From positions 1 through 34,574 of the forward strand of contig JBFMCE010000042.1 in NCBI GenBank assembly GCA_040754655.1: 34,574 nucleotides of DNA, in the 5' to 3' direction. Each line of letters opens with the position of its first letter. The first letter of the stretch is position 1. The position numbers and the translations under genes were made by a program. Shown here in pieces: positions 19,029-28,260 of this stretch. The notes beneath the pieces were generated by a model. It searched no databases. It had not been told where the DNA came from and was given only the letters and a program-made list of their open reading frames with translations. This stretch comes from Bdellovibrionota bacterium (lineage in GTDB: Bacteria > Bdellovibrionota > UBA1018 > UBA923).

Positions 19029-19382
19029 CTATTCTTCGTCTTCGCTGCCGTAGCCGCTGTAGCTTGAACCGCCAAATGCGCTGCCGATCGCTGCGCCTGC
19101 TGCTCCGCCAGCCAAGCCGCTCAATACAGGTGAAGTATAGTCGTTGCCGCGATTCGGCGTGCTCTTAGGAGTTGTGCCACGTGAAGCAGGAGTCGTCTTA
19201 CGTGCCGCGGTAGTTGCGCGTCCTCGAGCTGCTGTTTTGCGAGCTGGTTTTTTCGCGGTTTTCTTTGCTGCTGCTTTGCGCTTCGGGGCTGCTTTTTTCT
19301 TTGCAGCCTTAGCGCGTTTTGGTGCGGCCTTGCGTGCGGCTTTCTTTGCCGGGCGTTTTGCCTTTTTCTTTGCTTTTGCCAT
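19029..19382 (-). CDS. Histone H1-like Lys/Ala-rich basic protein
   Basis: PAKKA/AAPKR repeats; AAGGAG RBS. Confidence 0.75.
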   Translation of the reverse strand: MAKAKKKAKRPAKKAARKAAPKRAKAAKKKAAPKRKAAAKKTAKKPARKTAARGRATTAARKTTPASRGTTPKSTPNRGNDYTSPVLSGLAGGAAGAAIGSAFGGSSYSGYGSEDEE

Positions 19383-19470
19383 CTTTGAAACTCCTTATTT
19401 TCAATGAAAAATGATCCAAATCTTTGATTAAAGTACTTCACATACGTTCGCACTGTTGGCAAACAAAAAG

Positions 19471-21564
19471 TTAGTGGGCGAGTAAACGCAGGTCTTCGAT
19501 ATCGCCGCCAAAGTTGCCATTTACGACGGGCCAATTTGCAGCTGGAGTGAGTTGTCCGGGGGCGGCAACCAGCATCTTAAATGGGATAAACTTTACCGAA
19601 TAACCATCTCGTCCATTTTCGTAGTAGGTGCGATCGTGGCTCGTGGTGAACGAGCTTGCAATACGAGGGCCTACGCTTTCCGCAGGGCCCGCGATCTTTC
19701 CCGGAATCCCAGGAATAGGATTATTACCCCAAAAACGTTGACTTAGCGGATCGGGTATTCTTGCAATGTTGAAATTCCGCTCTGAAGGCAGCCTGCCAAG
19801 GTAGGTTTGTAGCTGCGTGTTGAAACGGTCGACGAGTACTTGTTTCACTTGTGTGGTGACGTTGCCTGCCGCTGTCAGCGAAAACACGACCTGTTCAAGC
19901 TCTCCTCGCATGCGTTGGGTAAACTCATCGGTGCCTCCAATAGGCATTAGGGGAGCCCAAAAGGTGTAATGCTCTCCGGGATTATTTCGATAATATGGAA
20001 TCATTTCGTGGGCTTCATCAGAGTTGATGGTGTCGGTGTCGACCGGAATATTGTATTGCCCGATTTCATTTTCCTCAGGAAACATCGCCGCCCTGAGTCC
20101 TCGGTCGAGGTCTTGTTTTCCAACCGCTCCTCCGGCCACGGAGCCGTTTGAGCCATCGCCGCGCAAGAGCGAACGAAACGCTCTTAAGACTTGAGAGTGC
20201 TCCCAGGAAAGGTCTTTTCCAAGTTGAAGCCATGGGTAGTTGACCGGGGTTTGATTGACTCCATTGATGCTTGGCGTGCCCTGCCTAACAAAGTCACTTT
20301 CGCTGATGTCAGGACCGATGCGTGATCCAAAAGGGGCGGCGGCGGAATAAGCCGTGAGTTCAATCGATTCGTCAGGGTTGCCAAAAGGAAAAGGATTGAA
20401 GAGAAGGCGTGCTTGCGCAGTAAGTTTGACTGCGTAATAGACGTAAGAGTTTGGTTTCTTAGCCACGCCTACGATTGGATTGGACTGAATGAATTCTGCC
20501 TTCATATCGCAGCCTCCGGGTGCTGAGGGGTCATCTCCGTCCATGAAAGCGTAACCGGTGTCGATGCGAGGACGAATCTCTCTCAGTTCAAGCAGGGGCT
20601 GCGAGGGAAGAAGCTCGCTCATCTCAACTGAATCCAAGTCAAAGACGCGCTCATTGAGGTTTCCGATGGCGCTTTTATAGGCCAGGATTGTTCTTTCAGT
20701 GGTGGCCTGGTCGACGGCTTCTTCAAGGCGTCTTGCTTGTACGGTTGAGAGCCGGGCTTGCGGGGGCGCATTGATATAGGCTTCGATGGTCTTGATGCGG
20801 CTGCGCAAGAGAAGTTCTTCAGTCACGAGTCCGATGTCATCGATCAAACCTTGCAAATTGGTATTGCTCTGCAGCTGCAATTGGTTGTCGGTGGCATAGA
20901 GCCAGTGGGTGAGCACTTCAACGTTGATGGCTGAGTTGGCGCGGCAACTGGTGCGTTGAATATCGGCGATCGCGGTTGAGGCGTTGATCAAGGCTTGGCA
21001 AGTTGGGTCAGCAGAGATGCAAGGAGGCCGTGTGACGATCGGAACCGCTCGTGCAAGTTGGCAAGGATTTGAATCGGTCGAAAGTGCGATGCATACGACA
21101 GGCACGCCCGGAAATCCTGGGGCATTCGACCCGGATGGGTTTTCCCAAACGAAAGGAATGTCTGCAACACCGTTGGTATTGCATCCTGGTGCTGGTGGTT
21201 GACCTGCTTCGCGAGGAAAACAGCGCAAACTTAAATTTCCCATCACGTAATAACGAAACAAGAATTTCTTGTACGCTTGGCGCATTTGATAATTGAGATG
21301 CGAAATATGAGTAAGCTGGCGGGCCTGAGTCGCGGCACCGGCATACGCCGCAAAGTCAGCTGCGTTTTGCAGAGAGATTTTCGCGTTCACCAGCATTCCG
21401 ATGTTCACGACAAAAGCAAAGAGGGTGAACATCGGGATCAGGCTTAAAACCATGAGAACGCTGATCTGGCCACCGTGTCGACGACCGGGACCTTTTTCGT
21501 GCGCAAGGTTCTGCGATTCAAGGCGTCCATGCCCGAGGTTCATACGTAGAGTATAGTGTAACAT
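19471..21564 (-). CDS. TadG-like (Tad N-terminal domain) pilus-associated protein
   Basis: GQ-hydrophobic helix, VNIGMLVNAKISLQNAADFAAYAGA pseudopilin-like Tad signature; start may be 21543. Confidence 0.8.
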   Translation of the reverse strand: MLHYTLRMNLGHGRLESQNLAHEKGPGRRHGGQISVLMVLSLIPMFTLFAFVVNIGMLVNAKISLQNAADFAAYAGAATQARQLTHISHLNYQMRQAYKKFLFRYYVMGNLSLRCFPREAGQPPAPGCNTNGVADIPFVWENPSGSNAPGFPGVPVVCIALSTDSNPCQLARAVPIVTRPPCISADPTCQALINASTAIADIQRTSCRANSAINVEVLTHWLYATDNQLQLQSNTNLQGLIDDIGLVTEELLLRSRIKTIEAYINAPPQARLSTVQARRLEEAVDQATTERTILAYKSAIGNLNERVFDLDSVEMSELLPSQPLLELREIRPRIDTGYAFMDGDDPSAPGGCDMKAEFIQSNPIVGVAKKPNSYVYYAVKLTAQARLLFNPFPFGNPDESIELTAYSAAAPFGSRIGPDISESDFVRQGTPSINGVNQTPVNYPWLQLGKDLSWEHSQVLRAFRSLLRGDGSNGSVAGGAVGKQDLDRGLRAAMFPEENEIGQYNIPVDTDTINSDEAHEMIPYYRNNPGEHYTFWAPLMPIGGTDEFTQRMRGELEQVVFSLTAAGNVTTQVKQVLVDRFNTQLQTYLGRLPSERNFNIARIPDPLSQRFWGNNPIPGIPGKIAGPAESVGPRIASSFTTSHDRTYYENGRDGYSVKFIPFKMLVAAPGQLTPAANWPVVNGNFGGDIEDLRLLAH

Positions 21565-21787
21565 GGCGTGGGTCGGCGGGTGGCTGCGATTGTGTTGTTT
21601 TTGTGGGGCAGTTGTCTGCGGCGGTGGGCTAGTTCGTTTTTGCCTAGTGGTGTGGTGGGGTGGAGTTTTAGCACGACGTTTTTTTGTTGGGCGTGATTGA
21701 AGCGCTTGGTGGCAAGATTTCGATTGAGAGCTCCTCCTGCCGTGGCACTACTTTTACTGTGGAACTGCCCAATGACTTGCGCCCATT

Positions 21788-22067
21788 TCAATCGGCCCCT
21801 TGAAAGGCGCGGCCCAAACACCCCAGGAACCAGTCGAGCCAATCCGTGATATTGAGATCACCCTTTTGGGTTACCTCAAGTATTTCATAGTAAGCTTTAC
21901 GTTCCGAACAGATTTGCGCCGACATACTATAAAAGCGTTGCGGGCTGCTTTCCGACCGCGCAAGCGCCATGTCGGCTATCGCGCGCGATCCGACCGTTGC
22001 CATCGTCAAAGGGGTGGATCGTGACGAACCACAAATGAACTACGCCTGCCTTGAGCACGGCATCGAT
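21788..22067 (-). pseudogene. Internal fragment of a Fic-family gene with frameshift
   Basis: HLWFVTIHPFDDGNGRIAR in one frame continues as AIADMALARSE...RFYSMSAQI...WLDWFLGCL in another; no N- or C-terminal domains. Confidence 0.88.
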
Positions 22068-22135
22068 GAGCAGAAAAATCGCATGCAAAAGCACCTCACA
22101 AAAACCACACAATTGCTCCTCCGCACAGACCGAGC

Positions 22136-22152
22136 TGCCTAAGTTTTAGACA
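22136..22152. promoter_or_regulatory. Putative sigma54 enhancer (UAS) TGCCTAAGTTTTAGACA
   Basis: 13/17 identical to the 8368 site; both preceded by AGC. Confidence 0.55.
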
Positions 22153-22225
22153 CCTGCCCATGCCCGTGAGCAGCCTAAACAAATCCATCGAGCACGAAGC
22201 ACAGAGCTCTGACTAACCTCCGAAC

Positions 22226-22241
22226 TGGCATATCGGTTGCT
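22226..22241 (+). promoter_or_regulatory. Sigma54 promoter TGGCATATCGGTTGCT
   Basis: Strong -24/-12 consensus upstream of CDS 22285. Confidence 0.75.
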
Positions 22242-22284
22242 CTAGTCTAGTAATCAGAGGAGCTGTAGTAGGCTAAAGAAGTTT

Positions 22285-22779
22285 ATGTTGAAGCGGAAGC
22301 TGTATTGGGTCGCCATTGGACTTGCGGCCTCACAATTATCAATTGCAGAACTCGGCCTTTTGGGCGCCGGACCTGTCACCAGCTTTGGTGACTGTGTTGG
22401 CTGCCACACCCAGGCGGTTGATTTTCCGATCACACCCTCAAACCTTTCAGGCCTGATCAATCAAAATCTCGTGGGCACCGACAGCGCGTTTGTAAATCCC
22501 GGGCAGGGTATCGCCGGTTTGCAGAAAGATACTCTTACGAATTTGGCCGCCGGACTTCGCGCACGTGCAGACCGTGGGCCACTGGTACATCAGGCACCTA
22601 TCCGTCCCTACGAATGGCCATTAGATGAGCGTCTTCGCATCGTACAAGCATTCCATCCGGTTGCGGATCGGGCCAGGCTGTCGTGGGCGGAAGAAGCAAG
22701 AATTATCAATGAAGCTCTGGGAACAAACCTTTCTGACAAGGTTTTTGATCCCGTGAAGGCGTATTATTACGCTCGCTAG
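22285..22779 (+). CDS. Exported hypothetical protein with CxxCH motif (possible c-type cytochrome)
   Basis: Signal-like N-terminus; CVGCH. Confidence 0.6.
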   Translation: MLKRKLYWVAIGLAASQLSIAELGLLGAGPVTSFGDCVGCHTQAVDFPITPSNLSGLINQNLVGTDSAFVNPGQGIAGLQKDTLTNLAAGLRARADRGPLVHQAPIRPYEWPLDERLRIVQAFHPVADRARLSWAEEARIINEALGTNLSDKVFDPVKAYYYAR

Positions 22780-22827
22780 CCTTGAATTGGGTTGGCGTTG
22801 AAAATTTATTTAGAGGTTTTCTCAAGT

Positions 22828-22895
22828 GGGGCGGCATTTCTCTCCCTCTCTCTCTTACTGTGGCGAGAGCCACAGATGCCGCCCCTTCCTTTTTT
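22828..22895 (+). terminator. Structured 3' element or terminator with a large pyrimidine bulge
   Basis: GGGGCGGCAT/ATGCCGCCCC outer stem, CTGTGGC-GAGA-GCCACAG inner stem, U-tract. Confidence 0.65.
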
Positions 22896-22951
22896 ACCCT
22901 GTTTCCCTGACACATCTTGAGTGAAGGCGGCGTCTTTACGACAAGAATGGT

Positions 22952-23173
22952 ATGGAATCACGTCAGCTTTTTAGGCTCTGCCACGTGTGCGCAGCCGTGA
23001 ATGAAAGCAATAACGAAAGCGATGTTTCGAAGTGCCTCCGTTGCGGAAAGAGCTTTCTTCCAGTGAATTATTTTGAAAAATTGCGCACGCGGGCTCTTCA
23101 GACCGAAAAAAACCAGGTTGAGGTTCCCCAAATTTTGTTTTCGCCCATTCATGGGTTGATCGTTTTTTGGTGA
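22952..23173 (+). CDS. Small zinc-ribbon protein
   Basis: CHVC and CLRC pairs in 73 aa. Confidence 0.7.
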   Translation: MESRQLFRLCHVCAAVNESNNESDVSKCLRCGKSFLPVNYFEKLRTRALQTEKNQVEVPQILFSPIHGLIVFW

Positions 23174-23219
23174 GGATCGCAACATTTCGTCGTCAGGGGC
23201 GCGGCTAAAGCTCGTGCAT

Positions 23220-24263
23220 TCAGTGGCCGCCAGCTGGGATCGGCGGATTCTTTCCTTTGCCTTTGCTCAAAGTAACGCGGTTCCTTCCGCCAGCCTTCGA
23301 CAAGTAAAGCACTTCATCCGATGTCTTCAAAACCTCGGCGGCGGTGGTCCCGTCTTGAGGAAACGAGGCAACCCCGATGCTGCAACTCACGACGCCCAAA
23401 GGTTGTTTTTCGCCGTTTGGAAACTTGATGGAAGCAACGGTGGCTCGTATGCGTTCCGCCAGAATGACAGCTTGATTGATATCCGTTTCAGGGGCCAAGA
23501 CGACGAATTCTTCCCCGCCGTACCGCGCCGGAATGTCGGTGAGCCTGCTGCAAGCTTTCAAGATTTTCGCAAAATGCTTTAACAACGCATCTCCTGCGGG
23601 GTGGCCGTTCTGGTCATTGTATTTTTTAAAGTGATCAATATCGCAAAAAATAATCGAATACGAAGATCCATAGCGCGAAGCTCGAAGGTGTTCGTTGTCA
23701 AGCAGCTTCGAGAACTGGCGGAAGTTCGTGAGCCCGGTCATCCCATCGGTGGTCGCGAGCTCTTCAAGTTTTTTGTTGGCCGCTTCGACTTGTTGGATGT
23801 ACTCGGCGATCTTGCGGTCGGCCTCTTTCTTCTCGGTGATGTCACGAAAGATGAGCTGAAGGACTTCGGTTTGATCATTGAGTTTCAATGGGCTCGCCGC
23901 CATCTCAGCGCTGATGGGGGTTTTGGGATTTCCGACCACCAGCGGGATCTCAAAAGTTTTGGGATGGTAGCGCCTTGAGGCGATTCGAATCATTTTCTTG
24001 AGTTCGCCCAGGAAGTCTTCTCTGCAATATTGATAAATGCTCGTGTTCTGTAGGGCATCAAGGGGAAGCCGGAACACTTTGATGGAAGCGTCGTTGGCTT
24101 CAAGAATATTGCCGGTATTCATGTCGACCAAAACAATTGCGTCGATTGAGCGCAAAAACAGGTCTTGATAAGCGGCTTTCGCCGAGGGCACAATTCCTTC
24201 TTCGTTGCCTGCGGTGATGCCTTGGGCTAAAGGCGCAACGGGTTCTGTTGGGTGCTCAGCCAT
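23220..24263 (-). CDS. PAS-GGDEF diguanylate cyclase
   Basis: PAS (ILEAN...FRDITE), coiled coil, [14 protein letters not shown], RxxD I-site (RLTD), GGEEF. Confidence 0.93.
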   Translation of the reverse strand: MAEHPTEPVAPLAQGITAGNEEGIVPSAKAAYQDLFLRSIDAIVLVDMNTGNILEANDASIKVFRLPLDALQNTSIYQYCREDFLGELKKMIRIASRRYHPKTFEIPLVVGNPKTPISAEMAASPLKLNDQTEVLQLIFRDITEKKEADRKIAEYIQQVEAANKKLEELATTDGMTGLTNFRQFSKLLDNEHLRASRYGSSYSIIFCDIDHFKKYNDQNGHPAGDALLKHFAKILKACSRLTDIPARYGGEEFVVLAPETDINQAVILAERIRATVASIKFPNGEKQPLGVVSCSIGVASFPQDGTTAAEVLKTSDEVLYLSKAGGRNRVTLSKGKGKNPPIPAGGH

Positions 24264-24365
24264 AGCTCAAAAGTGTACCACCAGCCCGCGAGCTCAACCA
24301 GCGAGTTTCACCTTGAGTTTTTTAGCCATCGATGGTTGATTGGCGGTACCATAAAAGGTATTTCC

Positions 24366-25382
24366 ATGGAAAATCAAAAGCCTACGCTTCCTCAAGATCC
24401 TGCTGAGGTTGTGGCTGCAACTGGGACGACATTGCCGAGTGGTTCCACTTCCGTCGCAGCGCAAATCATTCGAAAGCCAGACTGGTTGAAGGTGCGAGCA
24501 CCCGGGGGCGAGAAGTACCTTGAGATCAAAGCTCGACTCCGAGAATTGAAATTGCACACGGTTTGCGAAGAAGCGCGATGCCCGAACATCGGGGAGTGCT
24601 GGCAGGGAGGCACGGCGACCATCATGCTCTTGGGCGATGTTTGCACCAGGGGTTGCAGGTTCTGCGCAGTCAAGACTGGAAAACCCGGCGGCGTTGTTGA
24701 TCGTGACGAGCCTGACAAGGTGGGTGGCTTGATCGGGGCTTCGGGGCTGGAATACGTCGTTCTCACCTCAGTCAATCGCGACGATCTGGAAGATGGCGGG
24801 GCCGGCCATTTCGCGGATACCGTGCGTGCGATAAAAAAAAATAAACAAGAAGTGTTGTGTGAGGCGCTCGTTCCTGATTTTCAGGGAAGCCTTGCGGCGG
24901 TTGAAACACTCGTTTTGAGCGGCGTTGACGTTTACGCGCACAACGTCGAGACGGTAAGGCGTCTGACGCCCAGGGTGCGGGATCGCAGGGCGACCTATGA
25001 CCAGAGTCTTCGCGTTTTGAAAGCCGCAAAGGAAATTTCAAACCGTTTTTTTGAGGAAAAAAGAATCTCGCGCCCGATGTTCACCAAAACCTCGATTCAG
25101 GTCGGCCACGGCGAGACGCATGAAGAGATCTTGGAGACGCTCAATGACCTGCGAGAGAGCCTTGTGGATGTGGTTACTTTTGGGCAATACCTGCAACCCA
25201 CTCGAAAGCACCTCAAGGTGGCTGATTTCATTTCACCGCTGCAGTTTCGGATTTGGGAGGAAAAAGCCAAAGAACTTGGTTTTTTATATGTTGCCTCAGG
25301 ACCTCTGGTGCGTTCAAGTTATCGGGCCGGAGAGTATTTCATGACAAATATGCTGAAAGGAAAAACAAACCATGGAGTTTAA
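24366..25382 (+). CDS. lipA: Lipoyl synthase
   Basis: [24 protein letters not shown]; start reassigned to ATG 24366. Confidence 0.96.
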   Translation: MENQKPTLPQDPAEVVAATGTTLPSGSTSVAAQIIRKPDWLKVRAPGGEKYLEIKARLRELKLHTVCEEARCPNIGECWQGGTATIMLLGDVCTRGCRFCAVKTGKPGGVVDRDEPDKVGGLIGASGLEYVVLTSVNRDDLEDGGAGHFADTVRAIKKNKQEVLCEALVPDFQGSLAAVETLVLSGVDVYAHNVETVRRLTPRVRDRRATYDQSLRVLKAAKEISNRFFEEKRISRPMFTKTSIQVGHGETHEEILETLNDLRESLVDVVTFGQYLQPTRKHLKVADFISPLQFRIWEEKAKELGFLYVASGPLVRSSYRAGEYFMTNMLKGKTNHGV

Positions 25383-26790
25383 GCTTCCAGATATTGGTGA
25401 GGGCGTTCACGAGGGGGAGATCGTTCGTTGGTTGGTGAAGGAAGGCGACAATGTAGCCGTAGATCAACCCATGGTCGAGATCATGACGGATAAAGCGACC
25501 GTGGAAATCCCGTCGCCTTTCGCAGGCAAAGTCGAAAAACTTCATGTCAAAGAAGGCGACATGGTCAAGGTCGGGCAACTGATCTTAAGCCTGGAGGGCA
25601 GCGGGGCTGGCGCAAGCGCCGCGAAACCTACTGCCGCGGCTACCGCACCGAAACCTGCGGCTTCGCAGTCGAAGCCCATGACCCAACCAGTGGCGCAACG
25701 TCCTGCCGCCTCTGCTCAGCCACGGCCCGGTGTCGCTTCACGTCCTGCCGTTGCAGCCGCGGCGGCAGCAAGAAGCGCAAGCCCGATATCCGCGCAGGCT
25801 TCAAGCCCTGCGCTAACGAGTGGTGGCTCGGCTGGCGTTTCGTCATATGTTGCGTCTCCAGGAACAGTGCTTGCCACGCCCGCTACGCGAAGGCTTGCGC
25901 GTGATCTTGGAGTGGATCTCGCCCAAGTTCCGGCCACTGGCCCAAATGGCCGCGTCACCAAAGAAGATGTTCAACATTTCGCAGGGGCCTCGGCTGCAGG
26001 CCCTCAAGTTCCTGTCGCCGGTGCGACAAGTAGAGTGGCTCCCGGCAAAACCCAACAAGCCCTTGTTCGCCCGACTACGCCCACCGAGCGTGAAACGCTT
26101 GTTCCGTTTCGCGGAATCCGTCGAAAAATCTCAGAGGCCATGACTCGAAGCCGGCAAATAATCCCTGAGTTCACTTATGTGGATGAATGTGATGTCAGCG
26201 AACTGGTGGCGTTCAGGAAAGAAGCTAAAGAGACGGCGGAAAAAAGAGGCGTCAAGCTGACCTATTTGCCGTTCATCGTGAAAGCGATGATCCAGGGTTT
26301 GAGAACCTATCCTACGATGAATGCTTCGCTTGATGAAGAAAGCGGCCACATCGTCGTGAAGAACTATTACAATATCGGCATTGCGGTCGATACTGAAGAT
26401 GGGCTTATGGTTCCCAATGTGAAAGACGCCGACCGGAAGAGCATCCTTGAAATCGCAGCCGAAATCCAAGACTTGGCCGAGAGGGCGCGAACACGAAAGT
26501 TGGCTCTTGAAGAAATGCAGGGTGGAACCATCACCATCACCAACCCAGGGCCGATTGGCGGGCTTATCACGGCTCCGGTGATCAATTGGCCGGAGGTGGC
26601 GATCATGGGCGTGCATAAGATCGTAAAGCGTCCGATCGTGAAGAACGATCAGATCGTTCCGGCTGATATGCTTTATCTCTCGCTTGCCGTTGACCATCGC
26701 GTGGTCGATGGCGCGACGGCTGCGCGATTTACGAACGTCGTGATGGAATACCTCTCGAGCCCAAAAAAAATGATGCTCGAGATGGCTTAA
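25372..26790 (+). CDS. 2-oxoacid dehydrogenase E2, dihydrolipoamide acyltransferase (PdhC-like)
   Basis: Lipoyl domain (TDKA), E3-binding domain ([10 protein letters not shown]), catalytic DHRVVDG. Confidence 0.93.
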   Translation: MEFKLPDIGEGVHEGEIVRWLVKEGDNVAVDQPMVEIMTDKATVEIPSPFAGKVEKLHVKEGDMVKVGQLILSLEGSGAGASAAKPTAAATAPKPAASQSKPMTQPVAQRPAASAQPRPGVASRPAVAAAAAARSASPISAQASSPALTSGGSAGVSSYVASPGTVLATPATRRLARDLGVDLAQVPATGPNGRVTKEDVQHFAGASAAGPQVPVAGATSRVAPGKTQQALVRPTTPTERETLVPFRGIRRKISEAMTRSRQIIPEFTYVDECDVSELVAFRKEAKETAEKRGVKLTYLPFIVKAMIQGLRTYPTMNASLDEESGHIVVKNYYNIGIAVDTEDGLMVPNVKDADRKSILEIAAEIQDLAERARTRKLALEEMQGGTITITNPGPIGGLITAPVINWPEVAIMGVHKIVKRPIVKNDQIVPADMLYLSLAVDHRVVDGATAARFTNVVMEYLSSPKKMMLEMA

Positions 26791-26805
26791 CATTTGGAGA
26801 GTTTC

Positions 26806-28245
26806 ATGTCTGGTAATGAGAATCATTTTGATGCTGTCGTGATCGGCGCGGGCCCAGGCGGGTACGTTTGCGCGATCAAACTTGGGCAACTGGGCCTGAA
26901 GACAGCGATTGTTGAGCGCGAATACATGGGTGGCGTGTGTTTGAATGTGGGGTGCATTCCCTCAAAGGCCGTCATCCACGCGGGCAGTTTCTACGAGAAG
27001 CTGGGAGCGCATGCCGCAGAGCTTGGGATTGATCTCAAAGTGAAGGGCATCGACCTGGGTAAATTGAAAGAGTGGAAGGACAAAGTCGTCAAGAAGCTTA
27101 CGGGCGGAGTTGAGATGCTGCTCAAAGCGAATAAGGTCACCATTTTCAAGGGTGAGGCCAAGTTTGAAAATCCGACGACGATCAGAGTCAAATCCTCATC
27201 AGGACAGGTCGCGCTGACTTCGAAGAACTTCGTCATTGCCACCGGGTCTCGTTCCGTAGTGATCCCGGGCTTTGAACCTGACGGGAAACAGGTGATCACC
27301 TCGACCGAAGCGCTTGACCTGACTGCGGTTCCAAAGAGGCTGGTGGTGATCGGAGGCGGGTATATCGGTCTTGAGCTTGGCACTTACCTCGCGAAGGTGG
27401 GGTCGCAAGTCACGGTGCTCGAAGGAACCAAAACATTGCTCGGTACGATGGATCAAGATTGCGTGCAAGTCGTAGCGCGCGGTCTTAAGCGCAGGACAGT
27501 GACCGTGGTGACTGAGGCCAAGGCCAAGTCTTATAAGAAGACCAACCAAGGTCTTGAAGTGAGTTATGAAACTCAGCAAGGCGTTCAAACCACGGTTTGT
27601 GATTTGATCTTGGTCACTGTCGGAAGGAAGCCCAATTCCGATACCCTGGATTTAGCGAAGGCCGGCCTTCAACCAAATGCAAAGGGCTTCATTGAGATTG
27701 ACCGCCAATGCAGAACGAAAGTACCGCATATCTTCGCCATTGGAGATGTCGCGGGCGGGATGTTGCTTGCGCATAAGGCGAGCAAGGAAGGCATCGTTTG
27801 CGCCGAAGTCATCGCGGGGCACAAGAGCAGCTTTGATACGACAATTATTCCGGCGGTTGTTTTTACCGATCCCGAAATCGCCTCGGTTGGATTAACGTTG
27901 GCCGAGGCCAAGTCCCAGGGTTTTGATGCCCATGAGGCGCAGTTTCCATTCGGGGCTCTAGGGAAAGCTTTAGCTTCAGGAGAAAGTGAGGGGTTTGCGA
28001 AGGTCGTGGCCGATCGTAGAACTCACCGTCTTCTTGGGGTGCATATTGTAGGTTCTGAAGCGAGTGCTATGTTAGGAGAAGCCGGGCTTGCACTTGAGAT
28101 GGGCGCGGTTCTTGAGGACCTTGCGCTCACGATTCATGCGCATCCCACTTTGCCTGAGGCATTGATGGAAGCGGCCGAAGTCGCGCTTGGGCACCCGATA
28201 CATGTGGTGGCGAAAGCGCGGCCCGCTCATGAAAAGACGGCTTGA
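26806..28245 (+). CDS. lpdA: Dihydrolipoyl dehydrogenase (E3)
   Basis: GAGPGG, GGVCLNVGCIPSK, GGGYIG, HAHPTLPE. Confidence 0.96.
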   Translation: MSGNENHFDAVVIGAGPGGYVCAIKLGQLGLKTAIVEREYMGGVCLNVGCIPSKAVIHAGSFYEKLGAHAAELGIDLKVKGIDLGKLKEWKDKVVKKLTGGVEMLLKANKVTIFKGEAKFENPTTIRVKSSSGQVALTSKNFVIATGSRSVVIPGFEPDGKQVITSTEALDLTAVPKRLVVIGGGYIGLELGTYLAKVGSQVTVLEGTKTLLGTMDQDCVQVVARGLKRRTVTVVTEAKAKSYKKTNQGLEVSYETQQGVQTTVCDLILVTVGRKPNSDTLDLAKAGLQPNAKGFIEIDRQCRTKVPHIFAIGDVAGGMLLAHKASKEGIVCAEVIAGHKSSFDTTIIPAVVFTDPEIASVGLTLAEAKSQGFDAHEAQFPFGALGKALASGESEGFAKVVADRRTHRLLGVHIVGSEASAMLGEAGLALEMGAVLEDLALTIHAHPTLPEALMEAAEVALGHPIHVVAKARPAHEKTA

Positions 28246-28260
28246 TTAAGTTCAAATGAG

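Noticed and set aside
21743..21758. Additional sigma54 promoter (TGGCACTACTTTTAC)
   Set aside because: Lacks the -12 GC and has no downstream gene on that strand
26131..26889. Long antisense ORF (also 15518-16201 and 18354-18992)
   Set aside because: Shadow frames of well-conserved genes, with no recognisable motifs
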